The position numbers and the translations under genes were made by a program. Under the pieces are notes generated by a model, which saw nothing but the letters and a program-made list of their open reading frames with translations, searched no databases and had not been told where the DNA came from. Shown here in pieces: positions 1 to 11,280 of a stretch of 64,000 bases of DNA. Origin of the DNA: Saprospiraceae bacterium (GTDB lineage Bacteria; Bacteroidota; Bacteroidia; Chitinophagales; Saprospiraceae); the NCBI GenBank assembly GCA_016712145.1, contig JADJRO010000001.1, positions 1,560,868-1,624,867 of the forward strand. Reading direction: 5' to 3'. How positions within the stretch are numbered: position 1 is the first letter of the stretch; each line of letters begins with the position of its first letter.

Positions 1-670
1 TGGAAGGCAATAGTTGACCATTCCAATTAATCATATGGGTTATTTGAACAATTTTTGTCTTTGAATTAAACTCCCTGGCGAATGCATTTACAATTTCGTC
101 ATCCTCCTGAATTGGAAAATTAAAATTAACCCACTTTAAACCAATCCCATCCCGATGCGCTCGTTGTTTCCAGGCATTGATCATGTTTGGGTAGTCTTGT
201 TTTGTGAGGACGACTTCATCTCCTGCATTCAATCGCAATCCAAAAATAATTGTTTCCAGAGCTTCCGAACTATTTCGGTTAAAAGCCAATTCATCTGCAT
301 GGCATCCTGCAATTTTGGCCATCTTTTCACGGAGGGGTTCTCTCCCCTGGTCTAAAATTCTCCACATATAATAAGATGGAGCTTCGTTGCTTAATCGGTT
401 GTAAAATTCAACGGCTTCTTGCACGACCCTGGGTTGAGGAGATACGCCCCCATTATTTAAATTTATTATACTTGAAGACACTGAATAGGCCTGTCGGATC
501 TGATGCCAAAAATCTTCCTCGTTTTCACATGGTTTAATCAATTGCTCCATTTGAAATTTGGACTTATCATATGAATTCCCCAGAGCCTTTAAGGTTCCCG
601 AAGGTTGTAATAGGGTTCCGGCTGTTAAGGAGCCAAACCACTGCAGTGCTGATCGTCGATGCATAGTCAT
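1..670 (-). CDS. Class-V PLP-dependent aminotransferase (isopenicillin-N-epimerase-like), N-terminal part; runs off the window start
   Basis: My own minus-strand translation from ATG at 670 (alternative ATG at 664) gives MTMHRRSALQWFGSLTAG (Tat-like RR signal) ...INLNNGGVSPQP...APSYYMWRIL...NSSEALETIIFGLRLNAGDEVVLTKQDYP. The frame stays open to base 1. It is absent from the ORF track because no stop lies in the window. Confidence 0.7.
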   Translation of the reverse strand, partial: MTMHRRSALQWFGSLTAGTLLQPSGTLKALGNSYDKSKFQMEQLIKPCENEEDFWHQIRQAYSVSSSIINLNNGGVSPQPRVVQEAVEFYNRLSNEAPSYYMWRILDQGREPLREKMAKIAGCHADELAFNRNSSEALETIIFGLRLNAGDEVVLTKQDYPNMINAWKQRAHRDGIGLKWVNFNFPIQEDDEIVNAFAREFNSKTKIVQITHMINWNGQLLPS

Positions 671-877
671 GCAAGTTAATATACAATTTTGAAAGCTAAA
701 AACCCCTTAACGCCAAATCGGTCATATTTTTATTGAGTAAGGGATATTTGACAGGGAAGCCTGCTATTTTATAATTGTATTTACTTTACATTAATATGTA
801 TAAGCTTTGTCAACAAATGGTTCCAAAGCAATTTGCATTTGATTGATTCAGGTATTAAATTTGAAGTTCAGCTTAAT

Positions 878-3800
878 ATGAAGAGATTCCTACCAATTCT
901 GATATTCCTCTCCATTCTAAATGGGTCAAACCTATTGGCACAGTGTAACATCAGTGTGGATGCCGGACCTGATTTGAAGGTTTGTAGGCCCGGCGACATG
1001 GTTATGATTAATGGAAAAGTAACTGGCAGTATTCAAGAAATTTTTTGGGAACCGCCCACAGGACTTAGCAATCCGAAATCCCCTGTTACAAAAGCGACCG
1101 TCTCCGGTCCACAAGAATATATTTTAACAGCCCGAGGCTTAAGTACTCAAAATCTAATTATAAATGGAAACTTTGAAGCAGGAAGAACTGGGTTTACAAC
1201 AGATTATATGGTTGGAACCACATCCTGTTATGGATTTGGATATTTAGATTGTGAGGGTACCTATGACGTTATAAATAATCCACAATTGGGACATACTGGA
1301 TTTGCTCCTTGCATGGACCATACTTCCGGCAGTGGGATGATGATGGTAATAAATGGGTCAGCCGCTTTTCAAAATGTTTGGTGTGAAGACATTGTCGTAA
1401 TGCCAGATATGGATTATGTCTTTACAGCATGGATCACCTCGGTGGTGTCTGCTTCTCCCCCTGTATTGCAGTTTTCAATAAATGGGAGCCCAATTGGTCC
1501 AAATTTTTCATCTAGTGGAACGGTTTGCCAATGGGAAAAATATGAAGTAACCTGGAATTCTGGATCCAATACCAATGCAGAAATATGCATATTAAATGAA
1601 AATACAGCAACGGGTGGAAATGACTTTGCTATAGATGATCTTGGTTTTAGAAAAATTTGTGAAGTCAAAGACACCATGAAAATTGAAGTGGAGGAAATTA
1701 TTATTTCAATCGAAGATCCAGAAATTGTTACTTGCGATAAACCCAGTATTCGTTTAAATGCAAAAGCCTCCTCTACTGGAATTGGATGGACCTATCAATG
1801 GACCAGTGCGGATGGAAAAATTATTTCAGGTGGGAATACACTTGAACCTGTAATTAAAGGACCCGGAACTTATTTTCTTACTGTATGCTCTCCAATTCCA
1901 AATTGTTGTAAAACAGAATCTATCCTTGTAAGTGGAAATATAACTCCTCCAGATCTTCAAATTATAACTAAAGATACATTGGGATGTAATCGACTGAGTG
2001 TAACCGTAAATACCAGAAGTACCGTGTTTCCATTAGATTATAAATGGGGTGGTCCCAATGGATTTAATTCATTAGACCCATTTATTGTTGTGACAGAAGC
2101 TGGGAAATATACCATAACGATTACGGATGACTACAATTGTAAAACAATTGACTCGGTTACTATTTTCGAGCGAAGCGACAATCCTAAAATTCAAATTCAA
2201 TCAAATTCAATAAATTGCAAAACAGATACTGCTTACTTAATTGCAAGTTCAACAGTGCCAGGCTCTTTATTTGAATGGATAGGACCTTCTAAGGATACTT
2301 CAACAAAATCTCAATGGAATGTCGTTGATAGTGGTTGGTATTATTTAAAAGTAACTTCTCCAACTGGTTGTATTAAATTTGATTCGGTACGGATATTAAA
2401 GGACAAACAAGCACAGATTCTCAAATACAGTTTTGATACACTCAGTTGCTTGAAAGACTCTATTGATATTTTAGTTACCGGCAATCGAAATGTAAAATCA
2501 GCGTCTTGGCAAAATTTAGGAAATTATAGGTGGCTTGATTCGTTATCGATACGGACCGCCACTGCAGGTAGGCATTCACTTCAAGTGGAATCTGACAACG
2601 GTTGTGTTTCAATATTAAATTTAGACATACCAATAGACACCCTAGCTCCTAACATTCAACTGCTTCCAGATACATTAAATTGCAGTCAAACAACAATAGC
2701 TTTATTTCCTAAAAAAAGTACTTCTAAATTAATATTAAATTGGGGCGGTCCAAACAATTTTAAGTCACAAGCAGATACCGTTTGGGTGGATGTACCTGGT
2801 AACTATTTTTTAAATGCCATCGCTGAAAATGGATGTCAGGATTCTGCAAATGTGTTCATTTCTATTGATACTTTAAGACCATTGCTTACTGGCATGAATG
2901 ATACATTGACTTGTATTAAAACTCAACTTAACTTTCTCATTTCTGACAATGGAACTTCTCAATATAGTTGGCTTGGACCATCAGGATTTAATAGTACATT
3001 AAAAAACCCATTGATCAATTTGGCAGGTGATTATCAAGTAACCGCAAGAAAATCCAATGGGTGCCAATCAAGTTTATTACTTCATATTTATGAAGATATC
3101 ACAAAACCGATTTTACAATTAAGTGATGATACCCTTACTTGCAGTAAGGATAGCATCAAATTAAAAGCAAGTAGTTCTGATCCGACTGCAATTTTTCAAT
3201 GGATTGGTCCGAATGGATTTTCATCTAACCAATTAAATCCCTATATAAAAGAGCCGGGAAGTTATATTTTAAAATCCCAAAGTAAAAATGGTTGTAGCGA
3301 CAGTGCGATCTTGACAATTTTACAAGACATTCGCAAACCAGATCTCCAGACAACTACAGATACACTCAATTGCTTAAAGCGAATTGGAAATTTAACTGCT
3401 AGCTCAACAAGGGATAGCCTGAACTATAGTTGGACCGATGAAGTTGGTAGTTTTATTTCATCTTCAAAAAATATCTCAGTAACAAAGGGAGGTATTTATT
3501 CAATTAAGGTATCTACACCAGAAAATTGTTTCACTATTTTACAAGTCTTTGTGCCCCAGGATACCATTTCTCCTCAATTAATTGTTTTCTCAGATACATT
3601 AAATTGCTTAAAAACACAAACCAGCCTTCGATTTAGTTCAAAGGATCCTATACAATCGTTTGCTTGGAGTGGACCGGGTGGATTTACTTCTTCTTTGCAA
3701 AATCCCATTATTAGCTCCGGTGGAAATTATACTCTAAAACTTACAGGTACAAATTATTGCACAACACTTGATAGTCTGAATATTTTAATAGATACTATTA

Positions 3801-5278
3801 AACCCAGACTTCAATTACAATTTGATTCAATAAATTGTATGAAACGAGAAGTTGACTTGGTTGCTATGGTCATGCCAATTCAATTGGTTGGATCCTGGAC
3901 ACTGAGCAACATGCAAACGGTGAACTCAAATTCTATTAAAACAAAAGAAGGAGGTACTTATAGTTTTAGCGTAACTGCACCCAATTATTGTACAAATTCC
4001 CAAACCATTTTTATAGCTGTTGATACGATTTCACCAGATCTTCAAGTACAAGATGATACCCTGAATTGTATTAAACAACTTGCACAAATCCAGGCAATGT
4101 CTCAAACAAATGGATTGTTGTATGATTGGTCGGGTCCTGGAAATTTTAAATCAAATTCCCGTCAAATAAACACTTCAATTCCTGGAAATTACACAATCAA
4201 TGTAACAGGAAAAAACTTTTGCACTCAAACTTCAAATGTATTTGTTTCCATAGATACCATCCATCCTGAATTAAAAACACAATCAGATACTATAGATTGT
4301 ATTCATACAGAAGCTAACTTGATTGCATCTACAAATATAAATCCGGGTATTTTCAGCTGGAAAGATTCTCAAGGCAATTTGTTAACGAATCAGTTAGTCT
4401 ATAAAACCAAAAAACCTGGTGCTTACCTTTCAGAAATTGTAAATCCTTTAAATGGATGTCGCACTCAAAAAACACAAACCGTTCTTGCTGATAGTTTGAT
4501 TATCACTGATGTGCTCATCCAACCTACTAACCCCACCTGTGGAAATAAAATTGGCTCAGCACAAATTGCCAAAGTAATTGGCGGACATTCAGATCTCAGA
4601 TATTCAATTGATTTCAAAAAAACCTATTCTGGTAATCCCAATCTGAATCAATTGGTCGCAGGGCATTATACATTATTCGTAATTGATAATCAACAATGTG
4701 AATTTCAGAAAGATTTTGATATTATTGAGTTGCCTTACATTGAAACGAATCTCCAACCTGAAATTACCATTAGTTTAGGTGATTCAATTAAACTGGATTT
4801 AAACATCCTGTCAGACAGGGGATTAATTGATTCAATAAGTTGGAGCCCAACGGATGATTTGAGCTGCTCAAATTGCGAAGATCCATTTGCCAATCCATGG
4901 GTAAGTCGTTTTTATACTGTTACAGTCATAGATACCAATGGTTGTGAGTCTACTCAACGAATCCGCATTTTAGTTGAAATACCAAAAGTTTGGGTGCCCA
5001 ATGTATTTAGCCCAAATGGAGATAATATCAATGATTGGTTGACCATATTTGGATCTAAAGCAGAAGTGACTAAAATTAATATTTTCCAGATTTTCGATCG
5101 TTGGGGCAATCGGGTTTTTGAATCAAAAGAATTCCTACCAAATGATTTAATTCATGGTTGGAATGGAAATTACAAAGGTGAAAAATGCAATCCCGGTGTA
5201 TATGTTTATTGGGGAGAAGTAGAATTAATAAACGGACTAAAATGGGTCGTAAAAGGAGATGTAACATTAATTAGATGA
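878..5278 (+). CDS. Giant secreted adhesin-like protein with a T9SS type-B (gliding-motility-associated CHU_C-type) C-terminal sorting domain
   Basis: Signal peptide MKRFLPILIFLSILNGSNLLAQ starts at ATG 878; the track start at 833 is a TTG. The N-terminal ~270-aa jelly-roll-like domain contains NLIINGNFEAG...NDFAIDDLGF. About 12 repeats of ~80 aa follow (DTLNC..W.GPNGF.S...NP.I...G.Y.L.V...NGC), then an SprB-type repeat (TCGNKIGSAQIAKVIGGHSDLRYSID). The C-terminus is VPNVFSPNGDNINDWL...FDRWGNRVFES...GWNG...GVYVY. Confidence 0.85.
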   Translation: MKRFLPILIFLSILNGSNLLAQCNISVDAGPDLKVCRPGDMVMINGKVTGSIQEIFWEPPTGLSNPKSPVTKATVSGPQEYILTARGLSTQNLIINGNFEAGRTGFTTDYMVGTTSCYGFGYLDCEGTYDVINNPQLGHTGFAPCMDHTSGSGMMMVINGSAAFQNVWCEDIVVMPDMDYVFTAWITSVVSASPPVLQFSINGSPIGPNFSSSGTVCQWEKYEVTWNSGSNTNAEICILNENTATGGNDFAIDDLGFRKICEVKDTMKIEVEEIIISIEDPEIVTCDKPSIRLNAKASSTGIGWTYQWTSADGKIISGGNTLEPVIKGPGTYFLTVCSPIPNCCKTESILVSGNITPPDLQIITKDTLGCNRLSVTVNTRSTVFPLDYKWGGPNGFNSLDPFIVVTEAGKYTITITDDYNCKTIDSVTIFERSDNPKIQIQSNSINCKTDTAYLIASSTVPGSLFEWIGPSKDTSTKSQWNVVDSGWYYLKVTSPTGCIKFDSVRILKDKQAQILKYSFDTLSCLKDSIDILVTGNRNVKSASWQNLGNYRWLDSLSIRTATAGRHSLQVESDNGCVSILNLDIPIDTLAPNIQLLPDTLNCSQTTIALFPKKSTSKLILNWGGPNNFKSQADTVWVDVPGNYFLNAIAENGCQDSANVFISIDTLRPLLTGMNDTLTCIKTQLNFLISDNGTSQYSWLGPSGFNSTLKNPLINLAGDYQVTARKSNGCQSSLLLHIYEDITKPILQLSDDTLTCSKDSIKLKASSSDPTAIFQWIGPNGFSSNQLNPYIKEPGSYILKSQSKNGCSDSAILTILQDIRKPDLQTTTDTLNCLKRIGNLTASSTRDSLNYSWTDEVGSFISSSKNISVTKGGIYSIKVSTPENCFTILQVFVPQDTISPQLIVFSDTLNCLKTQTSLRFSSKDPIQSFAWSGPGGFTSSLQNPIISSGGNYTLKLTGTNYCTTLDSLNILIDTIKPRLQLQFDSINCMKREVDLVAMVMPIQLVGSWTLSNMQTVNSNSIKTKEGGTYSFSVTAPNYCTNSQTIFIAVDTISPDLQVQDDTLNCIKQLAQIQAMSQTNGLLYDWSGPGNFKSNSRQINTSIPGNYTINVTGKNFCTQTSNVFVSIDTIHPELKTQSDTIDCIHTEANLIASTNINPGIFSWKDSQGNLLTNQLVYKTKKPGAYLSEIVNPLNGCRTQKTQTVLADSLIITDVLIQPTNPTCGNKIGSAQIAKVIGGHSDLRYSIDFKKTYSGNPNLNQLVAGHYTLFVIDNQQCEFQKDFDIIELPYIETNLQPEITISLGDSIKLDLNILSDRGLIDSISWSPTDDLSCSNCEDPFANPWVSRFYTVTVIDTNGCESTQRIRILVEIPKVWVPNVFSPNGDNINDWLTIFGSKAEVTKINIFQIFDRWGNRVFESKEFLPNDLIHGWNGNYKGEKCNPGVYVYWGEVELINGLKWVVKGDVTLIR

Positions 5279-8200
5279 AAGAAACAAGAAGAATTATAAA
5301 TTTATTGTGCTTGCTTATTCCATGCTTGATCAATAGTCAAGCACAAAACAATTCTCAGCATCATTTTGCTATGCCCAATTCCTGTGGGATTACTGTGAAT
5401 GCTGGACCGGATATCACAATTTGTGCAGGTCAAGGAAAAAATTTATCCGGGACGGTTAGTAATTCAACAAATTACAGTTGGGAACCTCCGGATGGATTGA
5501 GTAATCCAAATGCACTTAATCCTGTTGCAAACCCCAGCATGACTACAACGTATACTTTGACAGCAAGAGCCATGTCAGGAAATTTAATTGCAAATGGTGG
5601 ATTTGAAACAGGTTCTATAAATCCTTCAACCAGTCAATATACTCAGTATAATACCATACCGAATTTAATAGGATCTACTGGTGGTTATATGATAATGTCA
5701 GTTCCACAAATTGCACAAGCATTTGGTTGCAATCCGAATATTGGTAGCTTTACAATGGCCATTACTCCAACTTCATCAAATGTCATGATTTGGTGTCAAC
5801 AAATTAATGTTAGTAAAAATACAGATTATAAAATTGAATATAAAGTATTTGGAATCCCCTATATTTTTGGCCCACCTCCCACAATTGGATTATTAGTAAA
5901 TGGAAGTTTTGTAGGAAGCATAGATGCTATTAGCGGCACCTGTGTTGAAGCAGATGCAAGTTTCATATGGAATTCAGGGAATGCTACAACCGCAAATTTC
6001 TGTTTAGCAAATTATGGTGGAACGGGAGCTGCGAGTATGTGCGCCATTGACGACATTACTGTAAAAGAATGTTGTGAAGAAAAAGATGAGGTTACTGTAA
6101 CAGTTTATGACTTGATTGCAGATGTGAATCCTGTTGATGATATCAATTGTACGAATAGACCACTAACGATAGATGCTTCAGGATCTTCTACCGGTCCAGG
6201 AATTAGCTATGATTGGTCAACAAAAAATGGTCATATTGTAAGTGGAGATAAAACCCTCACACCTGTAATAGATACCCCCGGTACATATACTTTAAAAATA
6301 ACCGGGTTGTATGGGTGTCAAAAGGAAGTTATGGTAATGGTAAACGGCAGCACCACACCTCCAGATATCAAAATAAAAGCTGTCAATATCGATTGCAAAA
6401 ATCCAACCGGAAGTTTGGAAGCCAGTAGCAAATCCAGTTCACCGCAATTTGAATGGAATGGACCCAATGGGTATTATAATACACGTGCCAATATTTATAA
6501 TTTAACTGAAGCTGGGGAATACACAGTAAAAGTTACAGATTCCTATGGATGCGAATCTACCGCAAAAGTAGATCTCAAAGACAACCGAAGTTTTATTGAG
6601 GCTGAAATTATTGGTGATAGCATTACGTGTAATATAGATTCAGCCATTTTAAAGGCAGAATCAATTGGACTAAAACCAATTTATTCTTGGAAAGGACCCT
6701 TAGGATTTAAAAAAGATTCTTCTATAAATGCAATTGTGAAAGATACGGGTTGGTATTATTTAACCACACTCGATAGTTTCGGTTGCCAGGAAATCGACTC
6801 GTTCTATGTAAAAGACTTACAAACTTCACTAGCGATAGCAATTAATGCTGACACCTTAACTTGCGCAATTCAATCCGTACAATTAAAATTGCTTACCGAT
6901 ACCAGTGCAACGATTTTTGGACGGGACCAAATGGATTTAATTCAAATTTAAGGCAACCATTTGTCGTAGATCAAGGTTGGTATGTGGTCCAAATTACAAC
7001 AGGAACTGGCTGCCAGGGAATTGATTCAATTTTTGTTGTCAAATCTTCTGATGTGCCCGATCTTTATATTTCAAATAATGACACCATTACATGTAGCAAA
7101 CCAAGCATCCAAATAAATGGAGGAAGCAATACTACAGGAGCTCAAATAAAATGGATTACACCTGTTGATACCATTTTTAACCAATCAAATATCACAGCCT
7201 CAGATTCTGGAAACTATACCTTAATTGTAACAGGGCCCAATGGATGTAGTGTCAATAAAGGCATCAACATATTTAAAGATGTTACAATCCCAAGTTTATT
7301 CGGATTTCCTGATACCTTAACCTGCACTAAAGATAGCCTGATATTAAAACTTACGAGTTCGTCGGTTGAAACGATTTCCTGGACTGGACCCAATGGATTT
7401 GTCAGTCAACAATTGAATCCTGTTGTAAAAGAAAAAGGAACGTATCAACTAACTGTGACTGGATTTAATGGTTGCACGAATGCCATTGACATTGCGATTG
7501 CTGAAGACAAAGCTTTGCCCTCGCTACAAATTTCATGGGATACCTTAAATTGTATCCGCACGGCTGTTATTCCAAGTGTTACAGTAGATTCCAGTATCTC
7601 CAAATTCAATTGGTCTGGACCCGCAAACTTTACTAGTTCACTAAAATATCCTTTGTTAACCACAGGGGGTAATTATATGCTCCAGATTACTGGATCAAAT
7701 GGATGCACTCAAACTCAAACTATAAATATTATTGAAGATTTTGTAAAACCAAGTGCACAATTGGAAGCTGACACAATACAATGCAAAAGCACTGCATCCA
7801 TCAGAGCACTAAACACGCCAGCCGGACTTCCAATTCTATGGACAGGTCCTAATAATTTTGTTTCAAATCTTGTGAATCCCACCATAACAAAAAGTGGGTT
7901 TTATGTTTTGACAATTATCGGAACGAATGGTTGTGTTTTTACGGATTCAATTTTTGTATTTCAAAAGGATCAACTCCCTGACATATTTGCAAGTGATGAT
8001 ACATTAAGTTGCATTAAACAAAAATTAATAATTCGGGCGGGATCTGCAACACAAGGTGTACTTTTTGAATGGACAGGCCCGAATGGGTTCACTTCAAACA
8101 TGGCACGACCAGAAATACAAGATTCCGGATTGTATACATTGAAAGTAACCGATCCAAATGGTTGTGAGTCGATAAAGCAAATTTTCATTTCAAAATTTGC

Positions 8201-9686
8201 TGATATCCCTGTGCTTAACTTGATAGCCAGTAATAATTTTATCAGTTGTAAAGACAGTACGGTCAATTTAAAAATCCAATCCACAAATCAAACTAAAACA
8301 ATTAGTTGGATTGGACCAAATGGCTTTTCAGCAAATACGGACTCAATAGTGGCAATCGAACCAGGAACTTACAAGGTGGTTCTAACCAGTGATTTCGGTT
8401 GTATTGCTTCAGACAGCGTTTCGATTCAAGATATTCGAAAACTTCCAACTTTTACTGTAGCTAATGATAGTTTAAATTGTAAACGCATTTCAATTAATTT
8501 AACGCTAAATAGCAACGATACCGATTTGAACTTTAATTGGAGTGGGCCGAATAATTTTAATAGTACACTTAAAAATCCTACAATACAGATGGGAGGTACT
8601 TATCTTGTAACGGTGACCAATTCTGCAGATTGTAAATTAATTAAAATGGTTCAAATCAGTATTGATACGATGACACCTGATTTAAGTCTTTCAGCCGATA
8701 CGATCACATGTCTTAGAAACAGTGCGCCGGTTAAAGCTTCTTCCAGTTTGCAAGGATTTACTATGAAATGGACGGGACCAAATGGTTTCAATTATACGCT
8801 TCCTCAATTTGCAACAAAAATTCCAGGTCGTTATTTCTGTACGATAACCAATCCACGAAGCGGTTGCAGCAATTCTAGCTTTATAGATATTCTGGAGGAT
8901 ACCAATAGAATTCAAAACGTTTCAACCCAAAGTGTTTCATCAAGTTGCAATCGAAATAATGGTAAATTGCTTATAAACCAAATTATAGGGGGAAAACTGC
9001 CCTATAAATATTCTCTTGATAATGGCGTTAATTTTATCAATGACATCTCTACAATCGATTTTGCTCCTGGAAATTATAACTTAATTGTAGAAGATGCAAA
9101 TGGTTGTCAATTTAATGTGGCTTTTAACATTATTGAAACAGGCGATGTTAGAATATTGGTTTCACCTAAAATTGAATTGCTCTTTGGATCTAAACAAACA
9201 TTGAATTTAACGATCCTTTCAAATCCTATTGATATCAACAGCATCCTATGGACGCCTTCAGATCAATTATCTTGTTCTAACTGTCCGGATCCAGAGATTA
9301 CAGCAAATCATGACGATTTAATAACTGTTACCGTTATTGATAAAAATGGATGTTCAGCAACAGCAACAATACAGGTAATCGTAAAAAAAGAGAGTAAGGT
9401 TTATTTTCCAAATGCCTTTTCTCCAAATGGTGATAATATCAATGATTATTTTTATCCAATAGGCTTACCTTCAGATTCTCCGATAAATATTTTTAATATT
9501 TACGACCGTTGGAGTAATCTTGTATTTTCAAAAGAAAATTTTGTATTAAATTCAGAAAAAGATGGCTGGGGTGGCACTAGTGGATCACATGAAAAATTAA
9601 ATCCGGGTGTTTTTATTTATATGGTAGAAATTCAAGAAGTGGATGGGCCTAAAATTTATACAGGTGACATCAGCTTAATCCAATAA
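5275..9686 (+). pseudogene. Paralogous T9SS type-B CTD adhesin, split into two ORFs (5275..6951 and 6861..9686) by a 1-nt frameshift in a T5 run
   Basis: ORF1 has the signal peptide, the same N-terminal domain (LIANGGFETG...CAIDDITVKEC) and repeats. ORF2 continues mid-repeat (FWTGPNGFNSNL) and ends in the same CTD (FPNAFSPNGDNINDY...YDRWSNLVFS...GVFIYMV). Reading att-ttt-tgg with T6 instead of T5 at 6914-6918 fuses the frames. The ATGA start/stop overlap with the upstream gene is at 5275-5278. Confidence 0.8.
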
Positions 9687-9727
9687 TAAGCCTGTTAATA
9701 GCCTTATTTGTCTTATAATTTACATTT

Positions 9728-10363
9728 ATGAATCAAAGGGATCTTGAACTTTATTGTGAAAGTCATACCCACCAGCCAGATGCTGTTTTGAATGAATTGG
9801 AACGACAAACCTATTTACAAACCATTGCTCCGCAAATGGTTTCCGGCAAAATGCAAGGTCGCTTACTCAGTCTGATTTCTAAACTAAGTAAACCTCAATA
9901 CATACTTGAAATTGGTACATTTACATCTTACAGTGCATTGTGTTTGGCCGAAGGCTTAATACCAAATGGGGAATTGCATACTATTGAAATTACTGAAGAT
10001 TATAGACATATCGTCACATCATTTGCTTCTAGGTCAAGCTATTTTTCTAAAATTCATTATCATTATGGTGATGCACTGAAGCTAATTCCTAATTTAAATT
10101 ATTCCTGGGATCTCGTATTCCTTGATGCTGCCAAAAACAAATACTTGGAATTCCTTGATATTTTAGAAGAAACACTTAAACCAGGAGCCATTTTAATTGC
10201 AGATAATGTACTTTGGTATGGAAAAGTATTGGATTCTGAAAAAGATGAAGAAACAAACACGCTGGATCTTTTTAATAAACGGTTACGGCAATCCCCTCTT
10301 TGGGAAACACAAATTTTAGCATTACGTGACGGATTAAGTATTTCGATAAAACAAACAGGGTGA
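9728..10363 (+). CDS. Class I SAM-dependent O-methyltransferase (family 3, caffeoyl-CoA OMT/YrrM-like)
   Basis: Diagnostic motifs are ILEIGTFTSYSALCLAEGL, GELHTIEI, FLDAAKNKYLEFLDIL and LKPGAILIADNVLWYGKV. Confidence 0.8.
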   Translation: MNQRDLELYCESHTHQPDAVLNELERQTYLQTIAPQMVSGKMQGRLLSLISKLSKPQYILEIGTFTSYSALCLAEGLIPNGELHTIEITEDYRHIVTSFASRSSYFSKIHYHYGDALKLIPNLNYSWDLVFLDAAKNKYLEFLDILEETLKPGAILIADNVLWYGKVLDSEKDEETNTLDLFNKRLRQSPLWETQILALRDGLSISIKQTG

Positions 10364-11280
10364 GCGCTCAATTTCTTTCAAATAATGAATTGTACCCTGA
10401 ACAGGTTTCAATGAAAATTAGTAACCATGGAAATCTGGTACACCAAGCCTGGTATTTTAAACTGTTAATTAAAAATTGCTATTTAGTTGAACAAAATGGA
10501 TGTATTGTTCTGGTTCCAGTAAAACAAAGTTTCATCGGTATAAATGCATTTTTACCTCCAGGAGTTCAACGGTTGGATCCAATTTATACAAATCATGAAA
10601 ATAATATTGAAAATAAATTATTAGAAATAATTACTTCTAAAATTCCATGTGGAATTATTTCATGGTCTCAAAACATTAATTTATTACCAGCAGGATTTAC
10701 TAAAGTGCAACGAAACAATTATATTCTTTACCTGCAACCTGAATATAAACACATTCGTCAAAATTACTCCTCAGGACTAAAAAACAGTTTGAATAAAAAT
10801 AAGCACAGTGTCCTCTTCAGTATTGATGCATTCCAATTTGCTGAATTTTACTTGAATAACAGCAATAAAACAATCCCGGACGCTTATAAAAACGCGCAAC
10901 TACTTTCAAGCCTCATTTCTACTTGCATTGAAAAACAACATGGATTTATTAAATATGTGATGGATAGTAAACAAAATCCAATTGCAATGGCCTTTTTTAC
11001 CCATTTTAATAATCGGATCGTCTATTTATATTCTTGTTCCACATCGGAGGGTCGATCTGTAGATGCAATGCATGCAATTTTGGATCATACGATACATGCA
11101 TATTCCGGAAAAGATATATACCTTGATTTTGAAGGGAGTATGATTCCAGGAATTGCAAAGTTTATACAAAGCTTTGGAGCTGCAATAGAACACTACTACT
11201 TATATACTTGGAATACGCATTGGATTTGCAAAATCAAACTAGTTTTTAGAAATTGGTTAGGCCAATTTAGAAGAAATTAG
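10360..11280 (+). CDS. Hypothetical protein, possibly a FemAB/BioF2-like GNAT-fold acetyltransferase
   Basis: 306-aa ORF with a 4-nt overlap with the upstream methyltransferase gene. The C-terminal region IVYLYSCSTSEGRSVDAMHAILDHTIHAYSGKDIYLDFEGS resembles the Acetyltransf_6/FemAB-like families. This is a weak assignment from memory. Confidence 0.35.
   Translation: MSAQFLSNNELYPEQVSMKISNHGNLVHQAWYFKLLIKNCYLVEQNGCIVLVPVKQSFIGINAFLPPGVQRLDPIYTNHENNIENKLLEIITSKIPCGIISWSQNINLLPAGFTKVQRNNYILYLQPEYKHIRQNYSSGLKNSLNKNKHSVLFSIDAFQFAEFYLNNSNKTIPDAYKNAQLLSSLISTCIEKQHGFIKYVMDSKQNPIAMAFFTHFNNRIVYLYSCSTSEGRSVDAMHAILDHTIHAYSGKDIYLDFEGSMIPGIAKFIQSFGAAIEHYYLYTWNTHWICKIKLVFRNWLGQFRRN

Noticed and set aside
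155-355. 66-aa plus-strand ORF from the track.
   Set aside because: It lies antisense inside a well-supported aminotransferase reading frame (1..670, minus strand) and has no recognisable features.
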